Shown one piece after another: positions 1 to 9,012 of a stretch of 53,163 nucleotides of DNA. Source of the DNA: an uncultured Actinomycetota bacterium (lineage in GTDB: Bacteria; Actinomycetota; Nitriliruptoria; Euzebyales; JAHELV01); contig CAYVGE010000003.1 of assembly GCA_964450395.1 (NCBI GenBank), positions 1-53,163 on the forward strand, read 5' to 3'. The notes below the pieces were generated by a model. The model was given only the letters and a program-made list of their open reading frames with translations, was not told the origin of the DNA and made no database searches. Position numbers and translations under genes: made by a program. The first letter of the stretch is position 1; each line of letters begins with the position of its first letter.

Positions 1-728
1 ACGCCCTGAAGCTCCCGCAGGGTGACGAGCACGAGGCGGACTTCGCGCTGCTGGCCGACATCTTCCCGACCGGGTACCACGGTGCGGCGATGGCCGACGT
101 GAGCCCCGGTGAGACCGTCGCGGTCTACGGCGCAGGGCCCGTCGGGCTGATGGCGGCGTACTCGTCGCTGATCCGCGGTGCGTCGCGCGTGTTCTCGGTC
201 GACCGGGTGCCCAACCGCCTGGCGCTGGCCGAGCAGATCGGCGCGATCCCGGTGAACTACGACGAGGTCGACCCGATCGAGTACATCGTCGACGCCACCG
301 ACGGCGACGGCACCGACAAGGGCGTCGACGCCGTGGGCTACCAGGCGACGGTGTCCGGCGGTGACGAGGAGCAGCCCGCCATCGTGCTGAACAACCTCGT
401 GTACACCGTCCGTGCGACCGGCCGGATCGGGACCGTCGGCCTGTATGTGCCGAGCGACCCGGGCGCGCCGACCGAGGAGGCCGCCGAGGGCCGCCTGCTG
501 TTCGAGGTCGGCAAGTTCTTCGAGAAGGGCCAGTCGATGGGGACAGGCCAGGCCAACGTGAAGTCCTACAACCGGTACCTGCGCGACATGATCATCGCGG
601 GTCGCGCCGAGCCGAGCTTCGTGGTCTCCAAGCAGCTGCCGCTCGAGGAGGCCCCGGACGCCTACGAGCGCTTCGACAACCGCGAGGAGGGCTACTCGAA
701 GGTCCTGCTCCACCCGCACGCCGCGTGA
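1..728 (+). CDS. Zn-dependent (MDR) dehydrogenase, glutathione-independent formaldehyde dehydrogenase-like; 5' end lies outside the window
   Basis: The frame is open from nt 3 ('..LADIFPTGYHGA..'). Rossmann GxGxxG 'VYGAGPVGL' and tail 'YERFDNREEGYSKVLLHP' are present. GC3 is high and the stop TGA is at 726-728. Confidence 0.85.
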   Translation, partial: ALKLPQGDEHEADFALLADIFPTGYHGAAMADVSPGETVAVYGAGPVGLMAAYSSLIRGASRVFSVDRVPNRLALAEQIGAIPVNYDEVDPIEYIVDATDGDGTDKGVDAVGYQATVSGGDEEQPAIVLNNLVYTVRATGRIGTVGLYVPSDPGAPTEEAAEGRLLFEVGKFFEKGQSMGTGQANVKSYNRYLRDMIIAGRAEPSFVVSKQLPLEEAPDAYERFDNREEGYSKVLLHPHAA

Positions 729-778
729 CCTGACCGAGGCCCTCCGCGCGGGGCTCCGCGACTCCGGTGCACATGCAC

Positions 779-820
779 GGCGTCGTGGTGGCCCCGCGGC
801 GGCCGCGGCGTCACGACGCC
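779..820. terminator. GC-rich hairpin between convergent genes (possible bidirectional terminator)
   Basis: GGCGTCGTG (779-787) pairs with CACGACGCC (812-820). An inner CCGCGG/CCGCGG self-complementary core is present. The hairpin overlaps the stop of the minus-strand gene. Confidence 0.35.
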
Positions 821-1086
821 GACTGCTCCTCGGTCTGCCAGAGCTTCTTGAGGCCGGACCCGACGGCGCCGACCAGCATCAGCGACGAGCCCACGACGAA
901 CAGCCACACCGCAAGCGTGTGCAGGTGCGAGAACCGCTCGAAGAACAGCACCGAGCCGGTGACGAACAGCAGGTTGCCGCAGATGCCGAGCGTCGTGTGG
1001 ATGTACTCGTAGTCTTGGACGAGGGTGCGGAGGATGGCTGCTCCTTCCGTGGTGGGGGATCCGTGTCGACGGTGGGGTCCGGTCAC
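811..1086 (-). CDS. YrhK-like small two-helix membrane protein
   Basis: C-terminal 75 aa read 'ILRTLVQDYEYIHTTLGICGNLLFVTGSVLFFERFSHLHTLAVWLFVVGSSLMLVGAVG', giving two hydrophobic helices. The proposed GTG start at 1086 forms a GTGA overlap with the stop of the upstream ORF (1083-1085). The Arg/Pro-rich N-terminal extension in the ORF track was rejected. Confidence 0.6.
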   Translation of the reverse strand: MTGPHRRHGSPTTEGAAILRTLVQDYEYIHTTLGICGNLLFVTGSVLFFERFSHLHTLAVWLFVVGSSLMLVGAVGSGLKKLWQTEEQSAS

Positions 1087-1630
1087 CCCGCGCGGTCCAG
1101 CAGTGCCAGGTCGGCGTCGACGGACGGCGGCACCGGACGGCGGTGCCGACGCACCCAGCCCAGCCCGCCGGCCGCCGCGGCGAGGGCGGCGACGGTGTCG
1201 GGCGACGGGCCCCCGCCGCGGGTGAGCACCAGCGAACGCCGCAGCGCCGTCGAGGGGCAGCGGCGGCTCCACGCGAACCATAGCGCGTTGCGCAGGTCGC
1301 GGCGCCGCCGGCCGCGGTGGTCGCGGCTGGCTGACGGCCGGTGATGCGCCACGACGTGCGGCAGGTAGGCGAGGTCCCAGCCGGCGGCGGCCAGATCGGC
1401 TGCGAGCCACGCCTCCTCACCGCCGACGCCGACCGCCCGGTGGAACCCACCGACCGACAGGTACGCGTCACGTCGGACGACCGACATGCCCGCCAGGAAC
1501 CCGAGCACCGGCCGGCCCGGCATGCCGGTCCGCGCCCGCAGCGGGCTGTGGGCCATCACGGCACAGACCGGGTCGTCGCCGACCAGGATGTAGCGTCGCG
1601 ACGATCCTTCGTGATCATCACGACGCTCAT
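1083..1630 (-). pseudogene. Glycosyltransferase family 2 gene with an internal deletion and frameshift
   Basis: ATG at 1630 gives 'MSVVMITKDRRD', a typical GT2 N-terminus, then stops after 24 codons. A different frame carries only the C-terminal half ('ILVGDDPVCAVMAHSPL...GGFHRAVGVGGEEAWLAADLAAAGWDLAYLP...'). The nucleotide-binding/DXD core (about 110 aa) is missing. Confidence 0.6.
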
Positions 1631-1700
1631 CCGGTCGTCCGGTGCAGCCACCCCGTGCCTCCTGTTCGACGTGGCCATCCGGCCAATCCGTGCCGCCTAG

Positions 1701-1735
1701 GATTCACACGCGTCGGATTTCACATGCGTGAAGGT
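1701..1735 (+). promoter_or_regulatory. Direct-repeat / inverted-repeat motif upstream of the glycan operon (candidate operator)
   Basis: GATTCACACGCGT (1701-1713) and GATTTCACATGCGT (1716-1729) form a direct repeat. The second copy forms TTCAC-ATGC-GTGAA. The motif lies in an AT-richer 190-bp intergenic region about 90 bp upstream of the GTG at 1824. Confidence 0.25.
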
Positions 1736-1823
1736 TTAGACGGCGGGTAAGCGTGCGTCCGCTGAAGGCCGTGAACCCGCTGCAGCGATCCCAACGCAAC
1801 CCTACCGACAGGGGTCGATCACA

Positions 1824-3536
1824 GTGCGTGTCCTCGGCATCAACGCGGTGTTCCACGATCCGGCGGCGGCCGTCGTCGTCGACGGTGAGATCGTCGCCGC
1901 CGCCGAGGAGGAGCGCTTCAGCAGGCGCAAGCACGGCAAGCCCCCGGTGGCCTTCGCCACGTGGGAGCTGCCGGAGCAGGCGATGCGCTGGTGCCTGGAG
2001 CGCGCCGGGTTGACGGCCGGCGAGCTCGACGCGGTCGCCTACTCCTACGACCCGGCGCTGGCCCCGGGGGCCGCCGACCCGGCGGCGGCACCGTCGGTCG
2101 TCGCCGACGACTGGGAGGGCCTGCGGACGCTGTACGCGCAGCGGGCGCCGCTGTTCCTGCGGACGGCCCTGCCGGGCCTGGATCCCTCCCGCGTGCGGTT
2201 CGTGCCCCACCACGTCGCGCACGCCGCGTCGGCCCACCTCGCCGCGCCGTTCGCGAACTCCGCGGTGCTGGTGCTCGACGGGCGGGGCGAGGCCGCGTCG
2301 CACCTGGCGGGGCGCGCCGAGGACGGCCGGCTCGAGGTCCTGGCGGCACAGGAGCTCCCCCACTCGCTGGGCCTGCTGTACGAGGAGGTCACCGCGCACC
2401 TCGGCTTCCGTCGCTCGAGCGACGAGTACAAGGTGATGGCGATGGCCTCGTACGGCGCGCCACGCTGGCTCGGGCAGTTCCGCGAGCTGGTGCGCGCCAC
2501 CGGCGACGGCGGGTTCCACGTCGAGCCGATCGACTGGTCACGGTTCGCCCCCGCCCTGCGGCGCGGCGGTGACTGGACAGCCGCCCACGCGGACCTGGCC
2601 TCGACCGTGCAGACCCGGCTCGAGGAGGTGCTGCTCGACCTCGCGGGGTGGTTGCACGACCGGACCGGGCAGCGGGCGCTGACCATGGCCGGCGGCGTCG
2701 CGCTCAACTGCGTGGCCAACGCCCGCCTGGCGGCCGAGAGCCCGTTCGAGCGGATCTGGGTGCAGCCCGCCGCCGGCGACGCCGGCACCGCCCTGGGCGC
2801 GGCGCTGCACGTGGCGGCCGAGGCGGGCGACCCGATCCGCGGCATGACGACCGCGGCGCTCGGTCGGAGCTGGACCGACGACGAGCTCGCCGCCTGGCTG
2901 ACGACCGCGGACATCGCCTACGAGCGCCCCGCCGACCTCGCCGACGCCGTCGCCGGGGTGATCGCGGACAACGGGGTCGTGGCCTGGTTCCAGGGCCGCA
3001 GCGAGTACGGGCCGCGTGCGCTCGGCCACCGCAGCCTCCTGGCCAACGCCACCCGTGCCGACAACCTCAAGCGGCTCAACGACGTGAAGGGTCGCGAGCA
3101 GTTCCGCCCCGTCGCGCCGATGGTGCTGGCCGAGCGGGCAGCGGACATCTTCACGGGCCAGCTGCCGAGCCCGTACATGCTGTTCACCCACCGCGTGCGC
3201 CCCGACTGGACCGAGCGCATCCCGGCGGTCGTGCACGTCGACGGGACCGCGCGCATCCAGACGGTGGACGACGACGCCGAACCGCTGGTCGCCCTCATGC
3301 TGCGCCGCCTCGAGGCGCGCACCGGTGTGCCGGTCGTGATCAACACCAGCCTGAACACCGCCGGGCGGCCCATGGTGGACAGCCCACGCGACGCGCTGGA
3401 GTGCTTCGGCTCGGCGCCGGTCGACGCGCTGGCCCTGGGCCCCTACCTGATCCGCCGGCACAGCCTGACGGCACGTTCCACCACGGGGGTGGCGCCGGTG
3501 TCACGTACCGCCCCGGTCCGGGGGGCGGTCGCATGA
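1824..3536 (+). CDS. Carbamoyltransferase (NodU/CmcH family)
   Basis: N-terminus 'RVLGINAVFHDPAAAVVVDGEIVAAAEEERFSRRKH' and C-terminal 'VHVDGTARIQTV' / 'VINTSLNTAGRPMV' motifs are present. The protein is 570 aa with a GTG start. Confidence 0.93.
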   Translation: MRVLGINAVFHDPAAAVVVDGEIVAAAEEERFSRRKHGKPPVAFATWELPEQAMRWCLERAGLTAGELDAVAYSYDPALAPGAADPAAAPSVVADDWEGLRTLYAQRAPLFLRTALPGLDPSRVRFVPHHVAHAASAHLAAPFANSAVLVLDGRGEAASHLAGRAEDGRLEVLAAQELPHSLGLLYEEVTAHLGFRRSSDEYKVMAMASYGAPRWLGQFRELVRATGDGGFHVEPIDWSRFAPALRRGGDWTAAHADLASTVQTRLEEVLLDLAGWLHDRTGQRALTMAGGVALNCVANARLAAESPFERIWVQPAAGDAGTALGAALHVAAEAGDPIRGMTTAALGRSWTDDELAAWLTTADIAYERPADLADAVAGVIADNGVVAWFQGRSEYGPRALGHRSLLANATRADNLKRLNDVKGREQFRPVAPMVLAERAADIFTGQLPSPYMLFTHRVRPDWTERIPAVVHVDGTARIQTVDDDAEPLVALMLRRLEARTGVPVVINTSLNTAGRPMVDSPRDALECFGSAPVDALALGPYLIRRHSLTARSTTGVAPVSRTAPVRGAVA

Positions 3537-5101
3537 CGCCCCCCGCCCCCGCGGAGCGCCCGGACGTCGCGGTCGTCGTGCCGACCGTCGGGCGACCGTC
3601 GCTGCGGCGCCTGCTCACCTCGCTGGCCGACGCCGCGGGGCCGCTGCCGGCCACGGTGGTGCTCGTCGACGACCGGCGCGACGCCACGACCACGCTGCTG
3701 GACGGTCCGGTCCCCGCGCGGCTGCGCGACCGCCTGACCGTCCTCACCGGCGCGGGGCGCGGACCCGCCGCGGCGCGCAACGTCGGCTGGCGTTCGGTGA
3801 CCACACCGTGGGTGGCGTTCCTCGACGATGACGTCGAGGTGGCCGGCGACTGGCTCGCCCGGCTGGCCGACGACCTGGCGGTCGGCGGTGATGTCGCCGC
3901 CACGCAGGGCCGGATCGTCGTGCCGCGGCCGGCGGGCCGGGCCCCGACGGACTGGGAGCGCAACGTCGCCGGCCTCGAGCACGCCCGCTGGGCGACCGCG
4001 GACATGGCGTACCGCCGCCGGGCCCTCATCGCCGTCGGCGGGTTCGACGAGCGCTTCCCCCGGGCCTACCGCGAGGACGCCGACCTGGCGCTGCGGGTGA
4101 CCGGGCGGGGCTGGCGGATCGTCGCCGGCGGCCGCACGGTCACCCACCCGGTCCGTCCGGCCGGGCCGTGGGTCAGCGTCCGGCTGCAGCGGGGCAACGC
4201 CGACGACGCGCTGATGCGCGCCCGGCACGGTGCCGGCTGGCGGGGGGACGCGGGGGTGCCCAGGGGCGCGCGACGGCGGCACCTGCTGACGACGGCGGCG
4301 GCGCTGACCGCCGGCGCGGCGGCGCTGCGTGGCAGGTGGCGGCCCACCGCGGCCGCCGGGGCGACGTGGGCGGCGTTGACGGTGCACTTCGCGTGGCGGC
4401 GCATCGCGCCGGGGCCGCGGTCCGCGCGGGAGGTCACGACGATGCTGGCCACCAGCGCCGCGATCCCGCCCGCGGCGGTGTGGCACTGGATGCGGGGCTG
4501 GGTGGATGTGGCCCGGCGGGGCACGGCGCCGCCCGAGGCGGCCGGTGTGCTGTTCGACCGCGACGGCACGTTGATCGACGACGTCCCCTACAACGGCGAC
4601 CCCGCTCGGGTCGTGCTCCGCGAGGGTGCGCGCGAGGCCGTCGCGCTAGTGCGCGAGGCGGGCGTGCCGATTGCCGTGGTGACGAACCAGAGCGGTGTGG
4701 CGCGGGGGCTGCTGACCACCGATCAGGTCGCCGCGGTGCACCGCCGCGTCGAGCAGCTGCTCGGTCCGCTGGGACCGTGGTGCGTGTGCCCGCACGGCCC
4801 TGACGACGGCTGCGCGTGCCGCAAGCCGGCCCCGGGCCTGGTGCACCGCGCCGCACGCCGGCTGGGCGTCGACGTGCGCCGCTGCGTGGTGATCGGCGAC
4901 ATCGGCGGCGACGTCGAGGCCGCGGCCGCCGCCGGCGCGCGAGCGGTGCTGGTCCCCACCGCGGCGACCCGCCCCGAGGAGGTGTCGGCCGCGCCGGTCG
5001 TCGCCGACGACCCGGTCCACGCGGTCGAGCTCGCGCTCGGTGGCCCCGGCACGGTGCGCAGCGCGCCGGCGCGGGTGGCGGTCGCGGGGGTGGCGTCATG
5101 A
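3533..5101 (+). CDS. Fusion protein: GT2 glycosyltransferase (N-terminal) + D,D-heptose 1,7-bisphosphate phosphatase GmhB (C-terminal, HAD-IIIA)
   Basis: ATG 3533 forms an ATGA overlap with the upstream stop. GT2 signatures are 'VAVVVPTVGRP' and 'AFLDDDVEV'. GmhB signatures are 'LFDRDGTLI', 'VVTNQSGVARG', the Zn site 'CVCPHGPDDGCACRKPAPG' and 'IGDIGGDVEAA'. Confidence 0.88.
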   Translation: MTPPAPAERPDVAVVVPTVGRPSLRRLLTSLADAAGPLPATVVLVDDRRDATTTLLDGPVPARLRDRLTVLTGAGRGPAAARNVGWRSVTTPWVAFLDDDVEVAGDWLARLADDLAVGGDVAATQGRIVVPRPAGRAPTDWERNVAGLEHARWATADMAYRRRALIAVGGFDERFPRAYREDADLALRVTGRGWRIVAGGRTVTHPVRPAGPWVSVRLQRGNADDALMRARHGAGWRGDAGVPRGARRRHLLTTAAALTAGAAALRGRWRPTAAAGATWAALTVHFAWRRIAPGPRSAREVTTMLATSAAIPPAAVWHWMRGWVDVARRGTAPPEAAGVLFDRDGTLIDDVPYNGDPARVVLREGAREAVALVREAGVPIAVVTNQSGVARGLLTTDQVAAVHRRVEQLLGPLGPWCVCPHGPDDGCACRKPAPGLVHRAARRLGVDVRRCVVIGDIGGDVEAAAAAGARAVLVPTAATRPEEVSAAPVVADDPVHAVELALGGPGTVRSAPARVAVAGVAS

Positions 5102-6168
5102 GGCACGCGCTGGTCGTGCGCCCCGACAATGCCGGTGACGTCCTGCTGGCCGGTCCCGCCGTGCGCGCGGTCGCCGCCGACGCCGACCGCGTCACCCTGT
5201 GGGCCGGCCCCAACGGCGCCGCCGCCGCGGCGCTGCTGCCCGGCGTCGACGACGTGGTCGTCCACCGCGCCGACTGGATCGACCCGGCCGCCGACGGCGT
5301 CGACCGCGACCGCGTCATGGCGTTCGTCGACGAGCTGGCCGGCCTGGCCGTCGACGAGGCCACGGTGCTGACGTCGTTCCACCAGTCGCCGCTGCCGGCC
5401 GCCCTGCTGCTGCGGCTGGCGGGCGTGCCGACCATCGCCGCCGTCTGTGACGACTTCCCCGGCGCGCTGCTCGACGTGCGCCACCGGGTCGACGACGACG
5501 TGCACGAGGTCGAGCGCGCCCTTTCGCTGGTGGCGACACTCGGCCACCGCCTGCCGCCCGGGGACCACGGCGGCCTCGCGGTCGCGGTGCCGGCCGGCAC
5601 CGACGTCGACCTGCGCGCCGACGACCTGGTCGTCGTGCACCCCGGCGCATCGGTGCCGGCGCGCGCCTGGGCGCCCGAACGCCTCCGCGACACGGTCGCG
5701 GCCCTGCGGGCCGACGGCTGGCGGGTGGCGGTGACGGGGGGCGCCGGCGAGCGCGACCTGACCGCGTTCGTCGCCGACGGCGTCGACGACCTGGGCGGGC
5801 GGACCAGCCTGGCCGAGCTCGCGGTGCTGCTCGGCCGCAGTGCCGCGGTGGTCACCGGCAACACCGGACCTGCACACCTGGCGGCGGCCGTCGGCACCCC
5901 CGTCGTGTCGGTGTACGCGCCGACCGTGCCGCCGGCGCGCTGGCGGCCGTGGGGAGTCGCGCACGTCCTGCTCGGCGACCTGGCGATCGCCTGCGCCGGG
6001 TGCCGTGCCAGCCACTGCCCCCTGCCGGGCCACCCGTGCCTCGACGAGGTCACCCCGGTCGAGGTGGTGGGCGCGCTGCGCCGGTTGTTGTCTGACCGTG
6101 ACGCCACCCGGCCGCCCCTGGTCACCGCCGACCGCGATCCCGTCGTCGCTGTGGGAGGGACACCATGA
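5098..6168 (+). CDS. Glycosyltransferase family 9 (heptosyltransferase-like)
   Basis: ATGA overlap at 5098. Motifs seen are 'LVVRPDNAGDVLLAGPAVRAV', 'VVVHPGASVPARAW' and 'VVTGNTGPAHLAAAVGTPVVSVY'. Confidence 0.9.
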   Translation: MRHALVVRPDNAGDVLLAGPAVRAVAADADRVTLWAGPNGAAAAALLPGVDDVVVHRADWIDPAADGVDRDRVMAFVDELAGLAVDEATVLTSFHQSPLPAALLLRLAGVPTIAAVCDDFPGALLDVRHRVDDDVHEVERALSLVATLGHRLPPGDHGGLAVAVPAGTDVDLRADDLVVVHPGASVPARAWAPERLRDTVAALRADGWRVAVTGGAGERDLTAFVADGVDDLGGRTSLAELAVLLGRSAAVVTGNTGPAHLAAAVGTPVVSVYAPTVPPARWRPWGVAHVLLGDLAIACAGCRASHCPLPGHPCLDEVTPVEVVGALRRLLSDRDATRPPLVTADRDPVVAVGGTP

Positions 6169-7148
6169 CCGTCGCACCGGAGGCGGGTCGCGGCCTGCGG
6201 GTGCTGCTGTGGCACGTGCACGGCTCCTACACGACCTCGCTCGTGCAGGGCCGCCACACCTGGCTGCTGCCCGTCGACGCCGAGCGCGGCCGCGACGGCC
6301 GCGGGCGCGCCCGCACGTGGGACTGGCCGCCCAGCGCCGTCGAGGTCACCCGGGACGCGTGCGCCGCCACCGAGGTCGACGTGGTCGTGCTCCAGCGCCC
6401 GGAGGAGCTCGAGCACCTGGCGACCGACTGGCTCGGGGGGCGCCGGCCCGGCCACGACGTGCCGGCGGTCTACCTGGAGCACAACGCGCCACAGGGCCGC
6501 ATCAACGACCTGCGCCACCCGGCCGCCGATCGCCCGGAGCTGCGGGTGGTCCACGTGACCCACTGCAACGACCTCCTGTGGGACTGCGGCACGACGCCGA
6601 CCACGGTCATCGAGCACGGCGTGGTCGATCCCGGCCACCGCTGGACCGGCGAGCTCCCGCGCACCGCCGTGGTCATCAACGAGCCGCTGCGCCGCGCCCG
6701 CGTGACCGGCACCGACCTGCTGCCCCGGTTCGCCGCCGCGGGCGACATCGACCTGTACGGCATGGGGGTCGCGAAGGTCGACGTGGACGGCGTGACCCCG
6801 CACGAGGACATGCCGCAGGACGCGATGCACACCGAGCTCGCCCGTCGACGGGTCTACGTGCACCCGATCCGGTGGACCTCGCTGGGGCTGTCGTTGCTCG
6901 AGGCGATGCACCTGGGCATGCCCGTCGTGGCGGTCGGCACGACCGAGGTGGCCGAGGCGGTGCCGCCGGGGGCTGGGGTGGTGTCGACCGATGTCGACCG
7001 GCTGGTCCACGCCACCCGGGAGCTGCTGGCCGACCCCGACCACGCCGCCGAGCTGGGCGCACGTGCCCGCGAGGCGGCGCTTGCCCGCTTCGGCCTCGAC
7101 CGCTTCCTGGCCGACTGGGACCGCGTGCTGACGGAGGTGACCCGATGA
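6165..7148 (+). CDS. Glycosyltransferase (GT1/GT4-like, short form)
   Basis: ATGA overlap at 6165 with GGGAGGGA upstream. The C-terminal GT-B signature 'VYVHPIRWTSLGLSLLEAMHLGMPVVA' (E-x7-E-like) is present. Confidence 0.82.
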   Translation: MTVAPEAGRGLRVLLWHVHGSYTTSLVQGRHTWLLPVDAERGRDGRGRARTWDWPPSAVEVTRDACAATEVDVVVLQRPEELEHLATDWLGGRRPGHDVPAVYLEHNAPQGRINDLRHPAADRPELRVVHVTHCNDLLWDCGTTPTTVIEHGVVDPGHRWTGELPRTAVVINEPLRRARVTGTDLLPRFAAAGDIDLYGMGVAKVDVDGVTPHEDMPQDAMHTELARRRVYVHPIRWTSLGLSLLEAMHLGMPVVAVGTTEVAEAVPPGAGVVSTDVDRLVHATRELLADPDHAAELGARAREAALARFGLDRFLADWDRVLTEVTR

Positions 7149-8359
7149 GGATCGCGATGGTGTCGGAGCACGCCAGCCCGCTGGCGGTGATGGGCGGCGA
7201 GGACGCCGGCGGCCAGAACGTGCACGTGGCGGCGCTGGGGCGGCACCTGGCGCGTGCCGGCCACGACGTCACGGTGTGGACGCGCCGCGACGACCCCGCG
7301 CTGCCCGACCGGGTCGTCAGCGGCGGCATGACCGTCGCCCACGTCGACGCGGGCCCGCCGCACCCGATCCCCAAGGACCAGCTGCCGCGGTGGATGGGCG
7401 ACTTCGCGGCGCACCTGGCCGCGGTGTGGCACGACGAGCCGCCCGACGTCGTCCACTCGCACTTCTGGATGTCGGGCCGGGCGGCGCTGCACGCGAGGCC
7501 AGCGACCACTCCCGTGCTGCACACGTTCCACGCGCTGGGGGTCGTCAAGCGCCGCCACCTCGGTATCGGTGACCCCAGCCCGACGGAGCGCCTGCGGGTC
7601 GAGGAGGCCATCGCCCGGACGGCGGACCGCATCGTCGCCACCTGCTGCGACGAGCTGCGCGAGCTGCACGGCATGGGCGCCGACCCCCACCGGGTCGACG
7701 TGGTGCCGTGCGGCGTCGACCTCGACCACTTCCACCCCGATGGCCCGAGGGAGCCGCGGACCGCGCGGCCGCGCATCGTGGTGGTCAGCAGGATGGTGCC
7801 ACGCAAGGGCATCGACGACGTCATCCGTGCGCTGGCGGCCCTGCCCGACGCCGAGCTGGTCGTCGCCGGCGGGCCGCAGCACGACCAGCTGCACGGCGAT
7901 CCCGAGCTCCGCCGCCTGCGGGCGGTCGCCCGCCGGTGCGGCGTCGCCGACCGCGTGTGCCTGCGCGGTGCGCTGCCCCGCGCCGAGGTCGCCGCGCTGC
8001 TGCGCTCGGCCGACGTGGTCGCCTGCACCCCGTGGTACGAGCCGTTCGGCATCGTGCCGCTCGAGGCGATGGCGTCGGGCGTGCCGGTCGTGGCCAGTGC
8101 GGTCGGCGGCATGCTCGACTCGGTGGTCCACGGGGTCACCGGGCTGCACGTGCCGCCGCGCGACCCCCCGGCCCTCGCCGCGGCGCTTGGCCGTCTGCTC
8201 GGCGACGAGGGCTTCCGGGCGCGGCTCGGCCGCCAGGGCCGCCGCCACGCCGTCGACCACTACGCCTGGCCGACCGTGGCGGCCGGCACGCTGGCCAGCT
8301 ACCACGCCGCCTGCGACGCGCGGCAGCGCGGCGAGGCCGTCGGATCGGTGCAGCGATGA
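7145..8359 (+). CDS. Glycosyltransferase family 4 (MshA-like retaining GT-B)
   Basis: ATGA overlap at 7145. Motifs seen are 'MRIAMVSEHASPLAVMGGEDAGGQNVHV' and 'TPWYEPFGIVPLEAMASGVPVVASAVGG'. Confidence 0.92.
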   Translation: MRIAMVSEHASPLAVMGGEDAGGQNVHVAALGRHLARAGHDVTVWTRRDDPALPDRVVSGGMTVAHVDAGPPHPIPKDQLPRWMGDFAAHLAAVWHDEPPDVVHSHFWMSGRAALHARPATTPVLHTFHALGVVKRRHLGIGDPSPTERLRVEEAIARTADRIVATCCDELRELHGMGADPHRVDVVPCGVDLDHFHPDGPREPRTARPRIVVVSRMVPRKGIDDVIRALAALPDAELVVAGGPQHDQLHGDPELRRLRAVARRCGVADRVCLRGALPRAEVAALLRSADVVACTPWYEPFGIVPLEAMASGVPVVASAVGGMLDSVVHGVTGLHVPPRDPPALAAALGRLLGDEGFRARLGRQGRRHAVDHYAWPTVAAGTLASYHAACDARQRGEAVGSVQR

Positions 8360-9012
8360 GCGCCCCCGCCAACGGCGACGCCCGGCACGCGCCCGCCGGG
8401 GCACGCGGCGGAGGTGGACACCCCTCGGTCGGGGCCACCGCGCACGTCGATGCGCTGGCGTCGGCGTTGGACTCCCTGTACGCCCAGCTCGGCGAGATCG
8501 AGCGGCTCGGCGCCGAGGCCGCCGAGGTGCTGCTGCGCGGCGGGCGGCTGCTCGCGGCGGGCAACGGCGGCAGCGCCGCGCAGGCCCAGCACCTGACGGC
8601 CGAGCTGGTCGGTCGGTTCCTCGACGAGCGCCAGCCGCTGTCGGCCATCGCGCTGCACGCCGACACCTCGAGCCTCACCGCCATCGGCAACGACTACGGC
8701 GAGGCCGAGGTCTATGCCCGCCAGGTCCGCGCCCACGGCCGGGTCGGCGACGTGTTCGTCGGCCTGTCGACGTCGGGGCGCAGCCCGAACGTGCTCGCCG
8801 CCGCCGAGGCGGCGCAGCTCACCGGTCTGCGCACCTGGGCGCTGACCGGGCCCCGACCCAACCCGCTGGCCGCCTGCTGCACCGACGTCATCGCGGTCGA
8901 CGCGGGCACGACGGCGACAGTCCAGGAGGTGCACCTGGTGGTCATCCACCTGCTGTGCGCGGCGATCGACGCCGCCGTCGCCGGCCGCCCCCTCCGGGCG
9001 GTGCGCGGATGA
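8356..9012 (+). CDS. gmhA: Phosphoheptose (sedoheptulose-7-phosphate) isomerase, SIS domain
   Basis: ATGA overlap at 8356. Motifs seen are 'GNGGSAAQAQHLTAELVGRF', 'GLSTSGRSPNV' and 'VQEVHLVVIHLLC'. Confidence 0.9.
   Translation: MSAPANGDARHAPAGARGGGGHPSVGATAHVDALASALDSLYAQLGEIERLGAEAAEVLLRGGRLLAAGNGGSAAQAQHLTAELVGRFLDERQPLSAIALHADTSSLTAIGNDYGEAEVYARQVRAHGRVGDVFVGLSTSGRSPNVLAAAEAAQLTGLRTWALTGPRPNPLAACCTDVIAVDAGTTATVQEVHLVVIHLLCAAIDAAVAGRPLRAVRG

Noticed and set aside
2648-3532. N-terminal 295 codons of the 817-aa ORF 2648-5101
   Set aside because: This part overlaps the carbamoyltransferase in another frame and is Arg/Gly-rich nonsense. The real start is the ATG at 3533, which forms an ATGA junction.
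4434-7043. 869-aa minus-strand ORF across the GmhB/GT9/GT4 genes
   Set aside because: It is antisense to three motif-bearing, translationally coupled genes. Its composition (poly-Arg/Pro/Ser) is non-protein-like.
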